Source: Perna viridis (lineage: Eukaryota). Taken from it: 64,000 nucleotides of DNA. The position numbers were made by a program, and so were the translations under genes. This document shows positions 13,386-27,412 of the stretch, piece by piece (the stretch's first letter is position 1; each line of letters opens with the position of its first letter). The notes beneath the pieces are model-generated. The model searched no databases and was not told where the DNA came from. It saw only the letters and a list, made by a program, of their open reading frames with translations. The stretch spans positions 40,486,001 to 40,550,000 of the forward strand of contig CM074512.1 of the NCBI GenBank assembly GCA_037379345.1. The letters run 5' to 3'.

Positions 13386-16300
13386 TTTTAAGGTTAAAAC
13401 CAGTAAATATTGACTTTCCTTAAACTTCTAAGTACTTTAAATATTTATGTCTGAGATTATATATCATACAATTTAAAAGTTCAAATCTCTACCTTTCTAC
13501 AAAAAGCACATCAGCAATATGAATCAAATTTCTTAAATTTTCTTTCATTTTCAGATCTATGTACATTGTGTAAGAAATGGAACACCGTTCTTATAATTTA
13601 AGCTGACATGGAAAAAAAAGCAAGATAGATTAGTTAGGTGAGAAACCCTGTTAATTTTCGTGTTTGACCTTGTTTTAGTTCTGGGTCAATTAAATGAAAC
13701 CAGGTATGAAGATCAAAGAAGGTCTGTCTGTCTAGAATTGATAAGAAACATCCATCATTGTTTTTCTTGCACTATTAATAAACAAAATACATCAATGTTC
13801 ATTTGCATGTATTAACACAGAAATCACACATACATGGGAAAATATTCAGACCAGAAAAAAATAAAGAAAAACATGAAAAAGAAACTTAACATTTTTTTTT
13901 AATTTATGGCATTAAACAGACTTCCAAAAGTATGTTGCACCTCCCACACTCACATGGATGAAGAAAATTATATGATTTAAACTGATAAAAAATCTGCCAA
14001 CTCAGCTATTCCTACATAAATGTCTACTCTGCAATATTTATTTGTAGAAAGAAAGAACCACCTTGTTATACGATTTTTTAAAACCTGTTGAAATAATCAA
14101 TTTGCAGAAAACTAGGAAAAAATATGATATTTTGATACTAAAAGCTATGTTTGAACCATCATTCAGCTAGAATCCCTTCAATAATGCTGCTGTAATTTCC
14201 TTGTGTAATGATTTACCTACTGCTAACAGGATTTATAGTAGAAAGTGCAAGGATGTCAGTCTATGAACTCGAAATGAATGAAAGAGAAAGGCTTGGATCA
14301 TTATCCACTGGATATGCCAGCTTTCAGTAGTTGAATGGGGATTTTGAACCTTGAAGGTCCCAGACTTTTATATCTTAATTAAGCAATGACTCAATAATTT
14401 AGAATTCTTTTTAAGGCTTTAAACATTAGACCTCAACAAATAAATTTCATATCTTGTAAAGGGGGAAGACATGAAGCTTTACATTATTTAAAATATTTTT
14501 GCTGTAATTTTACAGCTAACTCAAATGAGGTTTATAAGCTTAAATTGTGTCATTCTATATGCTTGAAATTACACTAAATCTACAAAAGCACCCAATCCTG
14601 AACTATGAAAAGTTAATGTGAATCCATTACTGAACACTTAAAGTGCACTAAGGAGACCTTTTCTGATAATTCTGTATATTAGGCCACCAAGAAGTACATT
14701 CAGATATAGGACTTTAAGGCCATCATTTCTAATCAATTGGGTGTATTGTAAATGCATGAAAATATTTGGATAAAATGCCAGAAATCAAATCAAAATAAAT
14801 TGCTTTGATGGAAAATAGTTTTTTTCCCATCCATTTCTAAGACATAAATTTTCCTTTTTAACAGTTACATTCATAAAACCCACAATTAACTAAGCATAAA
14901 CTTTAATGACTAACTTATCAAAAATTGGAAATTTAATATTTTCTCTGTCCCAATAAATGCCATTAACTTTAATATAAATTACAAGATTGAGAGATTAAGC
15001 CAAACCATTTATCAATGTATTTTACCATACATAGCAATTTGTCTATTTACATCAAAGGAAAGATACTTATAAAAGAACAAGCTCTCCCTTGTCTGTCCTT
15101 GGAAAAAAATTGTCCAAAAAATCATTTCCATTTTTTAACTCTTCAGACATTCTTGAACATTCTCTGACAAATGAAATTATGATTTAATTCTTCTGAAACC
15201 TGATCCATCTCTGTTTTGAACAATTTAGGAACAATCTAGTCCTTATCTAGACTTTAAATAACAGACAAAAATAATTTCTTTATTTTTTGCAACCAGACAT
15301 CAAAACATTCTTTTGTAGTTTTTGACAAATGACATTAAGGCTAAATTCTCATGAAACTTAATACATTCCACAGTTTAATAGAACAACTGATTTTAGTACT
15401 CAAATGACTCAGAGTTTTGCTATCTCTTTATGTCATTAAAATTATATAACACAGTGCCTTATATGTAGTGATACTAAATTTACCTTGTCTTTGACAGCTA
15501 CATAATATCCAAAGTTGACATCTTCATTGGTTTTGTTCATGACTTCCAGAGACATATTTATCATTAACAAGTACTTTTCTTAAAACTGGGAACTGACATT
15601 CAAAATACAAAATGATAATGACATCATACAATTCCTCCAGCTTTAAAATAATAAAAATTAAGTAAAGAGAATTAATTCATACGGCAATAAAAATTGCAAT
15701 ACGCCTATTCATACACCATCAAAATTAAACTTCAAATGAAAGAGATACAACTATAACTGTAAGTTAAATGAGTGACACCTCTGCTAACAAAGTCATGAAT
15801 GAAACAAAGAAAACCCTCATGCAAGTTTACTGCCCTTTGACAGTAATTGGCAATAACCTATCCTGCTTCATGCACATCTACATATGATGTCCAGTCATTA
15901 TAAAAGCTTCATGAAAATGATTTTAATAATCTACACGGATGGACAAACTAAAGAACAAATAAATACTGATGAAAAATGTACTTCTCTCAGTAATCAGTAT
16001 CATTTTTCTGTGAGTAGTCTGTGTACTGAGGTAAAAGCCAGAAACTTATGAGTGTTGACTCCAGCCGAAATCAGATTAACTATAAACAATCAATGACCTC
16101 AACATAACCAATACATTGTGCATTTAATTTTTCATAAAAAATGTACATATAATGAATGCATTTATAATAAACCTCTGATGAAATATAATATGATTTGAAT
16201 CAGGCTCAGTACATCTGTACTGGCAGGTTGGTTTAAGAACAAAATGGGCTTGATTAGTTCTGGCTTTGAACTGTTTATTTTAGGAGATTTAAGTTTGCCA

Positions 16301-16450
16301 TTTTATTTGTCTGACCTGGTCATGAAAACTTCTCAATATATTACTCTGAAGGTTACACTGTCTGTCATCACAATACTTTACTGCAGACATACTGCATTTC
16401 CTACCAGAATATTAAATCCAATTTTATGGGTAAAACGTGATCATGTACAA

Positions 16451-16738
16451 AAAATCAACTCAATACCTACAATCATTTACATAAAATTCCAGAAAACTCA
16501 AGTGGAATGATAGAATAAGGGAAAGACAGACCAGAGTTCAATCAATATGTATTGGTAGCTAGGTTTGGGGCAAACAAATATACAATAAGTACTAGTATAT
16601 TAGGAGCAACAATCACAAACCAAAAATCAACTCAATATCTACAACCATTTCAATAAAAATCCAAAAACTCCTTTGTGGAATGATAGAATACCAGAAATAC
16701 AGACAAGGGTAAAATGTATATACCTCAGTAGCTTGGTT
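16451..16738. repeat. Diverged tandem duplication with period about 172 bp
   Basis: aaaatcaactcaata.ctacaa.cattt...gtggaatgatagaata occurs at about 16452 and 16623; the ends resemble HINE termini. Confidence 0.75.
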
Positions 16739-16934
16739 AAGTATATGTATTCTGTCTATTCTACCAAATCCATAAGAACATGTGTACTCAGTACAAGGCT
16801 GACATATTCTTCAAAATATGATTCACACATTTCACCTAGTAATCATTGGTATGCATTCTCATCAGGCTGCAGTTCTAAAGAAATATTTCTATTACCTTTT
16901 CATTAATGCAGGAAATATACGAATGCCTGCTCAC

Positions 16935-16991
16935 CGGATTGCAGGTACATGTAATTAATTGCAAGACAGAACAGGATGGTTTTCGGTAGAA
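16935..16991 (-). CDS. Candidate alternative exon (cassette or internal first exon) of the FNDC3 gene
   Basis: Acceptor taattttcgcttccctgtag|, donor CCG|gtgagc; 57 nt, phase 1 to 1, open in the exon C/exon D frame: (V)LPKTILFCLAINYMYLQS; in-frame ATG at 16950. Confidence 0.45.
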
Positions 16992-18204
16992 CTACAGGGA
17001 AGCGAAAATTAACTAGTACGAAAATGATCACTGATAGCAGTTGTTCCTTCACAATACATACAGTAATTTACAAACCAGTCTTCTTCATAAATAGCATTCA
17101 TTTGTGATTTTAGTCCACTACGTACAGCTAGTGCTTGACAGTGGAAGATGTAGCAGGCATGATGATAAGTGATGGTGCTAATCAAATATGGGTACAATAC
17201 TGGACAGCAAAAATGTACTACTGGGTTTTCTTAACTTAAAAACTGAACTATATTGCATAACTTGATATTTCCCAGGTCTATTATCTTTATTCTTACTTAC
17301 ATGAACACTCAATTCATAGATTTGCATTTGACCTGAAAGAAAGTAACTGGGACACACTTTTAAATCAGTTCAGGGCATCAAATGACTAGAGTAAAAATAA
17401 AAACAAATTTATGCATGATGACTCATTTCACCCCTTTTTAACTTCATGAAAACTTGATTGAAAGTATATACATAAACAAATCAGCATTGGGGCAAATTGA
17501 AACATTTCCAACACAAAATTTCATTTAACAGATACATTTGGTTTATCAATGACTCACATATCCCACAATATGGAAAACCCTGATTTGTCAGAAAAAAAAT
17601 AAGTATATGCAACCTGTTCTGGGACTGGTGTTCACAAAAACTGAATTCATTCAGATCTTGAGAGAAGAAACATTTTCAATACATCTGCACATTTCCCCTA
17701 TCTCAAATTTCTACCAGGCATTGGATAGAGGCCAACCAAGATAGGTAGGAACTAATGTTTGTTTACCTGGCCAATTTTCAGGTCACTTTATAATTGTGTG
17801 TATTGGGAAATCCAGCTTTCCTGAGATCAGAATCATTAACAATTGGAAATTGTCCAGACCCGCCCTAAGTACAAACAGAGATAAATGCACCAAAAAGTCC
17901 TCAGAGCTCAAGATTTATACAGTTTTCTCACTATACTGTCATTTTGTTTGTCACCCATTTGGCTCTGTATGAAAGTTGTAAAGACCTTCAACAATACTTG
18001 AGATGGCATGTACTTAAACTAACTTATTTGACATCTGGATGAGACTTTAATGTAAGTCCACTGAAAGCTTATTCCAAACATTGGAGCCAAGGGAACTCCC
18101 CTTTCAAGTAAAGTACATCATCTTTAACATGATTACTCCACTTAAAAGAATAAGCACGATACTGTTACTGTAACTCTAGAAAAAAAACTCAATAAGGAAG
18201 GCAT

Positions 18205-18391
18205 CAATTACTATTGTTCGTTGGGTACCAATTTCCGTGGTTTTCGTAGGAGAGCCAGACAACAAAGTTTGGTTCCCAACAACAAGGAGATTTCTTTTGA
18301 TGTGTTTACTGAAAACCACAAAACCATGAATTTGTGTATCTTCCATAATCCATGAAAATTGGTATTCATGAATTAAAAGTACTTCACAGTA
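18205..18391. mobile_element. Decayed TA-target MITE (CTGT..ACAG terminus type)
   Basis: Inverted subterminal blocks gggtaccaatttccgtgg / ccatgaaaattggtattc; right end ...ttcacag|ta; left terminus degraded. Confidence 0.6.
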
Positions 18392-21300
18392 CAACTGTAC
18401 ATAACAACCACCTCAAGCCAAAGTCAAACAGTATTTTATAGATCAGAAACCTCCTTCAATTTCTGCTACACCTAACAAGACTTCTACACAAAGCCTTACA
18501 ACAACTGAGGAGATTAGAAAGTCCCAAAACGTCTACTAATTTTGTTTTTGATCAAAATGGCATACACTTCAGAAAAATATGGAAAATATTTTCTATAAAA
18601 GAATACATGAAACAAAGCATCAAACAAAAACAATGTCTTCAACAAATGAGAAAATTGAAAAGAGTCACATAACCCTTACAAATGGCAGATGGTGCATACA
18701 AGGTCTTTCTTTAAACAAACAGAAATACCAAGAATTCCTGATTTGAACATATAATATTGAGTCCACACTATCATAAATTTCCTACTTTCTGCAACACACC
18801 TGCAGTTACTAAACAAAAATCCTGACTATATACAGAACAAATACTGGAAGTAAAGCAGTAATCAGCAGCATAGATATGCCAAGATAACATTGCGATAGCA
18901 TACCTTTTTCTACCTATTTCTCCAGCCATTTAACTTCCTTTTTCGCTAATGTTTATAAATATAGAACAATGTGCTCATTTTAACCTTTCAACTTGCATGC
19001 ATGACCAGAAACTGATGTCATTACAGTGTTTTTAAACAAGTCAAAAAAGTAATTGATTTTACTACTATAAGTTGTAATTTTAAAAACTGAACTTTTACCC
19101 AGCTAAAAAGGAAATGATATCATTAAGGAATTTCACAATTTCAAAGTACCATACATTTTAACATGAACAAACACCATGACTCAAAACTTTAACCATTTTT
19201 ATGACTAATCCAACCTCTTCATTTGACACTGCAAACCAGTAAAGTTATTGTCTCACTTGATCAAATAGCTTATATTTACTTAACGACTGTGAGAAATTTT
19301 TTCTAGACCTGTCACATGAAGAGAATTAATCGCTGTCAACCCTCCTTGTACAGAGAATACAAACAAGATAGAAAGTACAAGTACTTCCTGCATTTAGAAC
19401 TTGGAAAAAACAATCTTAACAAAATAGTTAAGGTATGACAGGAGAATCCTGTTGCAGACTAAACTTTGAACCAAATCAATCATACATAAAACTTTCTTGA
19501 AAAGAACAGCCTACAGGAAAGAAGATGTCAAAATTGCAGCAACAAGTAATGGGAAAACAATGAAAAGGGAGTGATATCAAAGTCAAAATCATATCACTTT
19601 GGTTTTTTTTTAGTCAGTGGCTAGAAAATGGCTAACTATAATATGCAAGTCAAAAGGACACATCTTAAAAAGGTGTGGACTTGCACTATGGAAATGTACT
19701 TTATTAACTGATAAAATGATTATACTATGTATATAAACACAAATATATGTAATAGTTCAGAACTTGGTGGCAACACTTTTTTGTTTGAAAGGAATAAAAT
19801 AAATGAGTGTAGAAAAGGAAATGAGGAATATTTATTTATATAAACGTAAGCAGTCGATGTATGAACTATGAGACATTTCCCATGTTGTCCAGTGTTTGCC
19901 TTCAACTGCCCCCCCCTCCCACAGCTAACAAAGATACAGCTTGAGAGAAAAATGCTTCACACTATTCCATTGAAATACATGAAATATAAATACAAATGGT
20001 ATGGACTACAGAACAGTAGGCAGAATCTCTCTTCACTAGATATATTTGTAAAACAAAACAATATCAGTTTTAATCTTAAGAGACACTCTTCACTCCGTTG
20101 CTCCAATCAATCAGCCTTGAGGTCTATATTAAAATTGAACTTTGTGTCATAAAACATTAAATGAACTTAGGGTGGACATGGATTTCCTACTCCTGTCAGT
20201 TATCACTAGTTATAAGGAACAACAACTTTTTAGCCAGACATTTCATGGCAAATATAATAGTGAATGCTACAACATGTTCTGCACCATCATTTTTTTTTCT
20301 TCCTACGATCATTACTAATTTACAAAAGTTTTTTTCATCTTTAAAATCACCCTTAGAAGTTCAACAACCTATTAATGATAGTAGTTAAGAAGCATGTTTT
20401 TTTTTTTGTTTTTGTTTTTTTTCAAATATACATTGCAATATTCACCATATGCAAGATTTCAATCATGAAATAAAGGCTAATTTAGGACTCAACAATTTCT
20501 TATTATGAGCTAATTACATGTTAAGTTGTTAACCTTTCTAAAGCTAATGTGAAATGCCAGTTTGAAAACATACATTTGGTTTCATATATAAAAATTTCGT
20601 AATATGCACTGATTATCATTTTTTTACTTATGCAAAACTTGAAAATAAACAGTGTGCAGAAATTATCTTAAGGGTTGGCTGGAAAGAATGTGCAATATGT
20701 TGTAAAACAAGCTACCTCCAGGGAACTAAATTATTAAATATTACATCGTTTTGAATCACGATTTCTTCAATATAAATTCAGCTCCAAAATAAACAGCTTT
20801 AATATATGTTGTTGTGTATTTTTTTTCACATCACATCGAAGGAAAAGTTTGTATCTCTAGAACATTTTTCATTATAATATAGATTGTAGACATTCACTTA
20901 TTCTTACACTGTTTTACTAACATATCACACATCAATTTTGTCCCAGGTAGTTTTCCAACAGAAAAGAAGACATTTGTAGCACACAATTTTTTATATTGGG
21001 ACAATATGCACATGGTCCTTAGTGTACAATTCATTGTTTTATACCATGAACACAAAATACATTTAACAGCTTCAAGCCCCAATTTTTTTCTCTCCTATTT
21101 TTCCATGAAGAAGAAAAAGCCCATTTCAATGCATTAGTTAAACTGGTAAATAATGGACTCTTCAAAAGGTTACACTTTCTCATTCCATGTCGTAAAATGT
21201 TTTACCAGTTTAGACTCTTTGTAGACCCGGGCAATGGTCAAATATGTGAAAATCTGGTATGTGCATAGAAAAGATATAAGGAACATGGAAAGCAAATATG

Positions 21301-21440
21301 TAACAAAATAAAAAAAATTGCGATGGTAAAATCCAGATGTGCAAAAAACAGAAATTTATGAATCTATGGGAAAGTCACATTCCCAAATGTGTGCCATTAG
21401 ATGGTAAACCTTCCAACCTTACTATAAATAGATTCCTTAC

Positions 21441-21596
21441 CTTCAGATTTCAGTTTACTGGCATCATTACTATTTCTAGGTCTCTGTGACGGTCGGTTCT
21501 GATAATGGCCCTCTCCCAGTTTCTGTTGATACTTCCTTTGAATCTTTTCTCTCTGTCTGTTAGCTCTACTATCATTAGAATTTGGCCTTGTTGGTC
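21441..21596 (-). CDS. FNDC3A: FNDC3 exon C (basic linker)
   Basis: Acceptor aatttcag|GA, donor GAAG|gtaagg; 156 nt, phase 1 to 1; (G)PTRPNSNDSRANRQREKIQRKYQQKLGEGHYQNRPSQRPRNSNDASKLKSE. Not in the ORF track. Confidence 0.88.
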
Positions 21597-22586
21597 CTGA
21601 AATTAAAACAAAGATTTGAATAGACAGTCAATATACTTCATTGGAAATTTTAAGGCCCAAGAAAATGCCAATTCATATCGCTGACAAAATACTTCACTCT
21701 TTCCAATGGAACCAACTAATAATTACTGACTAAACAGAAACAGGAAGTTTTGTCATTATTTTGAGAATCATGCTGAAATGACAAAGTATTCTTCTTTTTT
21801 TCATTATTTCAGAAATTTCCAATACTAGTATTATAAAATATCAAAATACACCTTTTAAATGTGAAATTAGTACCACTGTCTGGTAAAAATGCTTGGAGAA
21901 AAAATACTTCATATTAATATCAACATCATATAACAAGTAAGGAATTATTGATGACCATGGAAATGCCAAAGTTCCAATAATGAATCATTCAAGACAATAG
22001 TCTAACAATGTCTGAAATAAGAACCTCTAAATACCAATTGAAATAACAATGTAAACAAATGTATATAACCACCTGTGATTCACAAATCAAAGGAAAAATA
22101 AAAGAAAGATCAAAGGAAAAAATCTTTGTAGTTTCAGTTCAGAAATAGGAGTTGTCTGCCCTTGAAATATGATCATCTGTCATGTCTATTTCACAATGTA
22201 AATTTCATTCTGTGATCAGCTGATCAATCACCTATTTACAGAAAGTATCATACAGGTGTGTTTAATCTTTCCATTAAATATAGATTTTACATATTTTTAA
22301 GATATGATACTTTTTTTGTCCAAAACTGATAAAATTATGTTTGTCAAGATGGCTTTTCAAAACTGATCATCATGGTTGAATAAGCTATTAATTGTAATCA
22401 ATTTAAGTAACACAAGAAATATTGGATGCTCTGTAGTTCTGAACACAATCATGAATCATGATGATATAATGATGGATTTAGTGAGACAGCCAGACAGGAT
22501 ATTAAAAACTATATAGCTTCCTCTTAATAACAGACCTGACAACAACCCTAAAGTTAGGAAACTGATCAAAGATTTAGTGTTCCTTC

Positions 22587-23010
22587 GCAAAACAACTCTC
22601 TAAATACCATCATAAAGCCAGGAGACTGAATGAAGGTTGAAAGTTCCTTAGCAAAACAACTCTCTAAATACCATCATAAAGCCAGGAGACTGAATGAAGG
22701 TTGAAAGTTCCTTAGTAAAACAACTTCCTCTAAATACCATCACAAAGCCAGGAGATGGAATGAAGGTTGAGAGGTCCTTAGTAAAACAACTTCCTCTAAA
22801 TACCATCACAAAGCCAGGAGACGGCATGAAGGTTGAGAGGTCCTTCGTAAAACAACTTCCTCTAAATACCATCATAAAGCCAGGAGATGGAATGAAGGTT
22901 GAGAGGTCCTTAGTAAAACAACATCCTTTAAACAACAGACCTGACAACCATCCTAAAGTCAAGAGACTGAATGAAAGGTTGAGAGTACAACAACTTCTTC
23001 TAAATAACAG
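22587..23010. repeat. 64/66-bp minisatellite, 5 full units plus degenerate flanks
   Basis: Unit starts at 22587, 22651, 22715, 22781, 22847 and 22913. Confidence 0.95.
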
Positions 23011-23022
23011 ACAGGGGGAGGG

Positions 23023-23165
23023 GGTTTGAAGATAAACCCTGCAATCATTGGGGTTGAAGGTAAATTCTGCACTCATAAGGGTAGAATGTAAATTCTACAC
23101 TAATGAAGGTTGAAGGTAATTTCTGTTGTTATGAGTGTTGAAGGTAAAATATGCAATCATGAATG
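23023..23165. repeat. Diverged 28-bp tandem repeat, 5 copies
   Basis: Consensus ggttgaaggtaaattctgcaatcatgaa; starts near 23023, 23052, 23080, 23108 and 23136. Confidence 0.8.
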
Positions 23166-25555
23166 TTTCACATCATCAATTTTACAAGCAAATGAATCTG
23201 AGGTAGAAAATTTTCCATGATAAGCCTAAGACAATAATCTTTTTTAAAAAAAAAAACATGTTGTGGCTTGCAGTGATTTAATTTGTCATTACAACTGGAA
23301 AAGAAAAATGTATGCAGAAAAAATAACCTGCATTGTTTATAGTTGTTATTGATTAAATGATGGCCTTGTTTTGATTTGAAAGCATGACCATCAGTCAATA
23401 TGAACATTACATTTCATGAAAGGGCTGATCTTGGCACACAAACACAAGCCAGAGGGTTCAAGAGTTTAAATTTATTATGCTTTGTCTAGGTTACTGACCA
23501 CCTCCAAACTACAAAGCTTCTAGACTAACTAACTTGTCTTTCCAGCTTCAAAACTCATTACTGATGAAAAAGTACCTGTCAAAGTTTGAAATAATAAATA
23601 TACTTTATAGATAATGAACTACTCTAGTCTTAACCATAACATCTGTTTTTCTGTTAAATGACTGGAAAAACTCCATTTTTTTTGTGTCTGTGCTACAGTG
23701 CTGAAATCCTGTTTCAATGAGTATCTAATCAAAAACAACCCAGATTTTAAAAGAGTCAAGTAGTTTTTCTTTATACCCAGTAAGTCAATACATGATAATA
23801 TTTTTGTAATTTCATTTTGTATTCTATATTTTTGGATTGTAAGTAACAATAAACCCTATTTAAAATAATTAAACTGAATCATTTTTTCTTTCAGTATTTA
23901 GGCAAGCACTTCTATAATCCATTAGGTCAGTGATAACCATAGAACTAGCAAGGAACCTCATCATACACTCCATTTCTGTAAACAATAGACAATAATTTTC
24001 CAATAAAATGCATAATACTAATATTCTGATTCATTACCTAAACAGATTCTCTGCTCGTTACTACAGACTGGATACAGACAAGCCTCAGAACTAATTTTAG
24101 TTTGGTAAAGTTACACTAAAAGAACCCTACAGGTTTCAGATTTAAGATATCACAATATAACTTTTAAGGACTGCAAGATGCATAAAGTACATAAAGGATA
24201 AAGAAAACACAATCAATAATTATTTAAAATGCAACAAATGACTGAAATTTCAGAAGAATTGTGGTGTACAGAATGAGAATGCATAAAAAATAAATGTTTC
24301 AAAGAAATAACTTCTTTTACTGCAAGGAGGCATAAACTATTTACTTTCACTTTCATACAAATGGGAAAATACAATCCCATATGCCACATTCAACGAGAAA
24401 GTCAATACAAGCATTATTTGCCAATAAATGATTTATGATCAATGCTTAAATGGACAAAACTCGTGTCTACCTGACATGATAGCAAAGCCTGTAAATTGCT
24501 GATGGACTTAACTGCTGATGTGTCAAATTAGAACTGGTGTTTCCCTCAAACAACAGGAAGTTACATCACAACACACTTTTTCAGTCCTCCATTGTGAAGA
24601 GTCCACTTTAAATTTACTTGTACACCTGAGATTAAGGTCAATAGGTACAGGAGTTGAGATATAAATAACCTGATTGCATTTTTTAAAAGTCTAACATGGA
24701 TCAATACATGCTTCAATACAGACAGCTTCATGACAATAGTAAAAGTTATTGAGTGCCCTTGTTCCCACGCTATAGGCACAATAATTGTATTTTTTCATTT
24801 AATATATACCTACTTCAAAGTAACAACAAAAAGTCATGAAATAGACAACAAACATAAACAAATGCAGGAGTTCTGAACCATTTTTAAGTGACCTTGTTTC
24901 AGGACAAGGTTACAAGCTACAAATCAAGTTGTCCAGCTAATAAGAATTTTAATGTGTCCATGGACTTACCTTATTTCTTCTTCAGATTGACTTACAGCTT
25001 ATAATAAAAGTAAACAAAAATCTTAGAACTAAATGAAATATTTACTTTCATAATTTATACAGAATACCCTTTACTCCTGGAAACTGTATCTTGCATTCAG
25101 TTCACATTTAGACAGAGAAAGGTTTAGTCAGAAACTATCAAGAGACCCTCAAATTTACTAGAAACTGGATTAGGGTTTTATACTACACAAATAAAGGATT
25201 TTAGAATTCATAAATATCAGACCAGTTAAATTGTGTTTGAAAAACTTCACTAAACATGTAAGCCATCTATAATGCTGCAATGTCTATGTTTTAATTTTTG
25301 TCAGAAATAATCAATTTTGAACTTCTGTCCCATTTGCTTGCATTGCAATTTCTCAAATCTTGTGCCACTTGACCTCAACCTACATTATGTAACTGAAAAA
25401 CGTTTTCCAGAATGGAAGTGAGTGTTAAATTAGTCTTCTGTCTTCCTCTTAAACATTTCTTCATTATCTTCTCCTCCTACATACATTCTTTTTTTTATAA
25501 TAGCTGCTAATCTATCTTTCACTAACAAAACCTTACCAAAAACATAAGAACATAC

Positions 25556-25742
25556 CTTGCGGGTGAACTGGTCCACTAGGATGACTGTTACAGCTATTCT
25601 GTGGTGGTGGTGGTGGTGTCCCATGGGTGGGGCCACCTGGGTGTATGTGTGATGGATGCTGAGGGTGATGATGAGGGTATGGGGGTGTTGGATAATGTGG
25701 TCCATATGGGTAATACTGAGGTTGTGTGTTGTTTGGTCCTCC
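25556..25742 (-). CDS. FNDC3A: FNDC3 exon B (Pro/His/Tyr-rich region)
   Basis: Acceptor tttttcag|GGA, donor CAAG|gtatgt; 187 nt, phase 0 to 1; GGPNNTQPQYYPYGPHYPTPPYPHHHPQHPSHIHPGGPTHGTPPPPPQNSCNSHPSGPVHPQ. Confidence 0.9.
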
Positions 25743-26405
25743 CTGAAAAAGTATCAAGTGTATATCAATGGTTTGCATCATACATATATATATATTTGTA
25801 TGTCATATGAAGCCTTGAACAGTATTCTAGATTTTACATGAACATCAACTGTCCATCTAAGTAAATTTTGCTCATCTACAAATCATCAAATGTCCCAAAA
25901 AATCACTTACTCTTTGTGATATTAAAATTTTTGAACTCAATATCATTCCATAAATCAGATCTATATGTATTCAAAAACTAAATATTTTGATATGGTCAAT
26001 TTCAGTCATTTGAAAACAAAAAATAGTAAAAAAAATCTCTATTCTTTTTCACTTCATTTTTTTTTTTCTTTAAACACATGCTTTTTTTTCTCTAAAGAGT
26101 GCTACCTTTATGCATGCATTTATTTAGAGGCAACAACATACAATACTGTTTATATGTTTATACAAATATCAGCCTGTACATTAACACATATATGAATATA
26201 GAAGTTAGTCAATGTTTTCCATAAGTGCAATACATATACCTAAATATTTTGATTATGTCATAGACTAAGCATGCTGATACCCCTAATAGTATTAAATGGC
26301 CCACTAAAAATATATAATCCACCCACACAAAAATTAGAAAGAAATTTTTCAACAAGATTATTATACCTAGCAATGAACATACACAAATATACAAAGTATA
26401 TAGAA

Positions 26406-26712
26406 AGAGTAATCAAGGGAACCAAGGTAATCAAAGAATGTAATCCAGGGACAAAGAGCAGACATGGAAAACAGACATACACAACAAAGAACATTAAGTA
26501 TATAAAATCACACATACAAAGCAACAAAAGCAAATGAGCAACTCAGACTCCACTAAAAACTGGGAGCATGGACCAGGTGCACCGGTAGGGTAAGTGTCCT
26601 CTGCTTTTCTAGAAACACCCACTGAGTTGCTCATAAAAAATCAAGTCCGGGGTAGACAAACGAGGAAAGGAAAACTATGACCCGTTGAATAAACCAGTTT
26701 TCATGGTGCAGA
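26406..26712 (-). mobile_element. Penelope-like retroelement 3' fragment, copy 1
   Basis: Shares agagtaatcaagggaaccaag terminus and gaccaggtgcaccggtagggtaagtgtcctctgcttttctaga block with the RT-bearing copy at 44408. Confidence 0.75.
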
Positions 26713-27262
26713 AACATGACTATGTTAAACTCCCATAAAAACCCAACATACAAACAATCAAACAAAAAGAGACACACAATCCAAGAAATACAAAATATAA
26801 CATGTTCTTTTCATCTTCCACAAAACTTGAAATCTGTCCATGAGTTTTGTTTCAAGTGATTTGCATACACAAATGATGGATCCAGACCAAAAACCAAATT
26901 GTGACATTGGGGTGGAAGATCACTGAACAATTAAAGAACTATTTAATCCAAATTAAGAATGCTCCAAAAAACGAATAAATTACCATAGGTCATAAAGAAC
27001 AGATCTAAAAATCATTTTGCAGCACTGCATATTGCAGAGTGTGTACATGGCCAAGAGACTAACAACACATCAAGGAAATAAAATACATGTAAAGCAGCCA
27101 ACTTTTCCAATCATCAAGGGCATAAAAGTAAACGTGTAAAGGTATGTCTATAAATATATGTAAAAAAATAAAGCATTACAAAGAGTCACAACACCAAGCA
27201 ATAAAACACTGTTGTACATGTACCAAGTAATTAGGACAAAAATCTAAAAATAAGCACATTCT

Positions 27263-27412
27263 CCATTACATTCAGGAGATTAGCCATGATATAATGTGGA
27301 CAACGGATGTTTGTACCCCATTACATTCTGGAGATTAGCCATGATATAATGTAGACCACTGATGTTTGTATCCCATTACATTCTGGAGATTAACAATCAC
27401 TGATGTTTGTAC
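27263..27412. repeat. 55-bp tandem repeat, about 2.5 copies
   Basis: ccattacattctggagattagccatgatataatgt... at 27263, 27318 and 27373. Confidence 0.9.

Noticed and set aside
22648-23076. 142-aa and 111-aa ORFs with 22-aa repeats
   Set aside because: They arise from the 66-bp repeat period; the adjacent 64-bp units break the frame, and I found no splice sites that fit the gene.
23561-23591. Hammerhead ribozyme candidates (CTGATGA...GAAA here and near 16860 and 57730)
   Set aside because: I could not form stems II and III by eye; an Infernal scan would be needed.
26258-26537. ORFs at 26258-26537, and similar ones at 33604 and 39622
   Set aside because: They translate the non-coding 3' module of the Penelope-like repeat.
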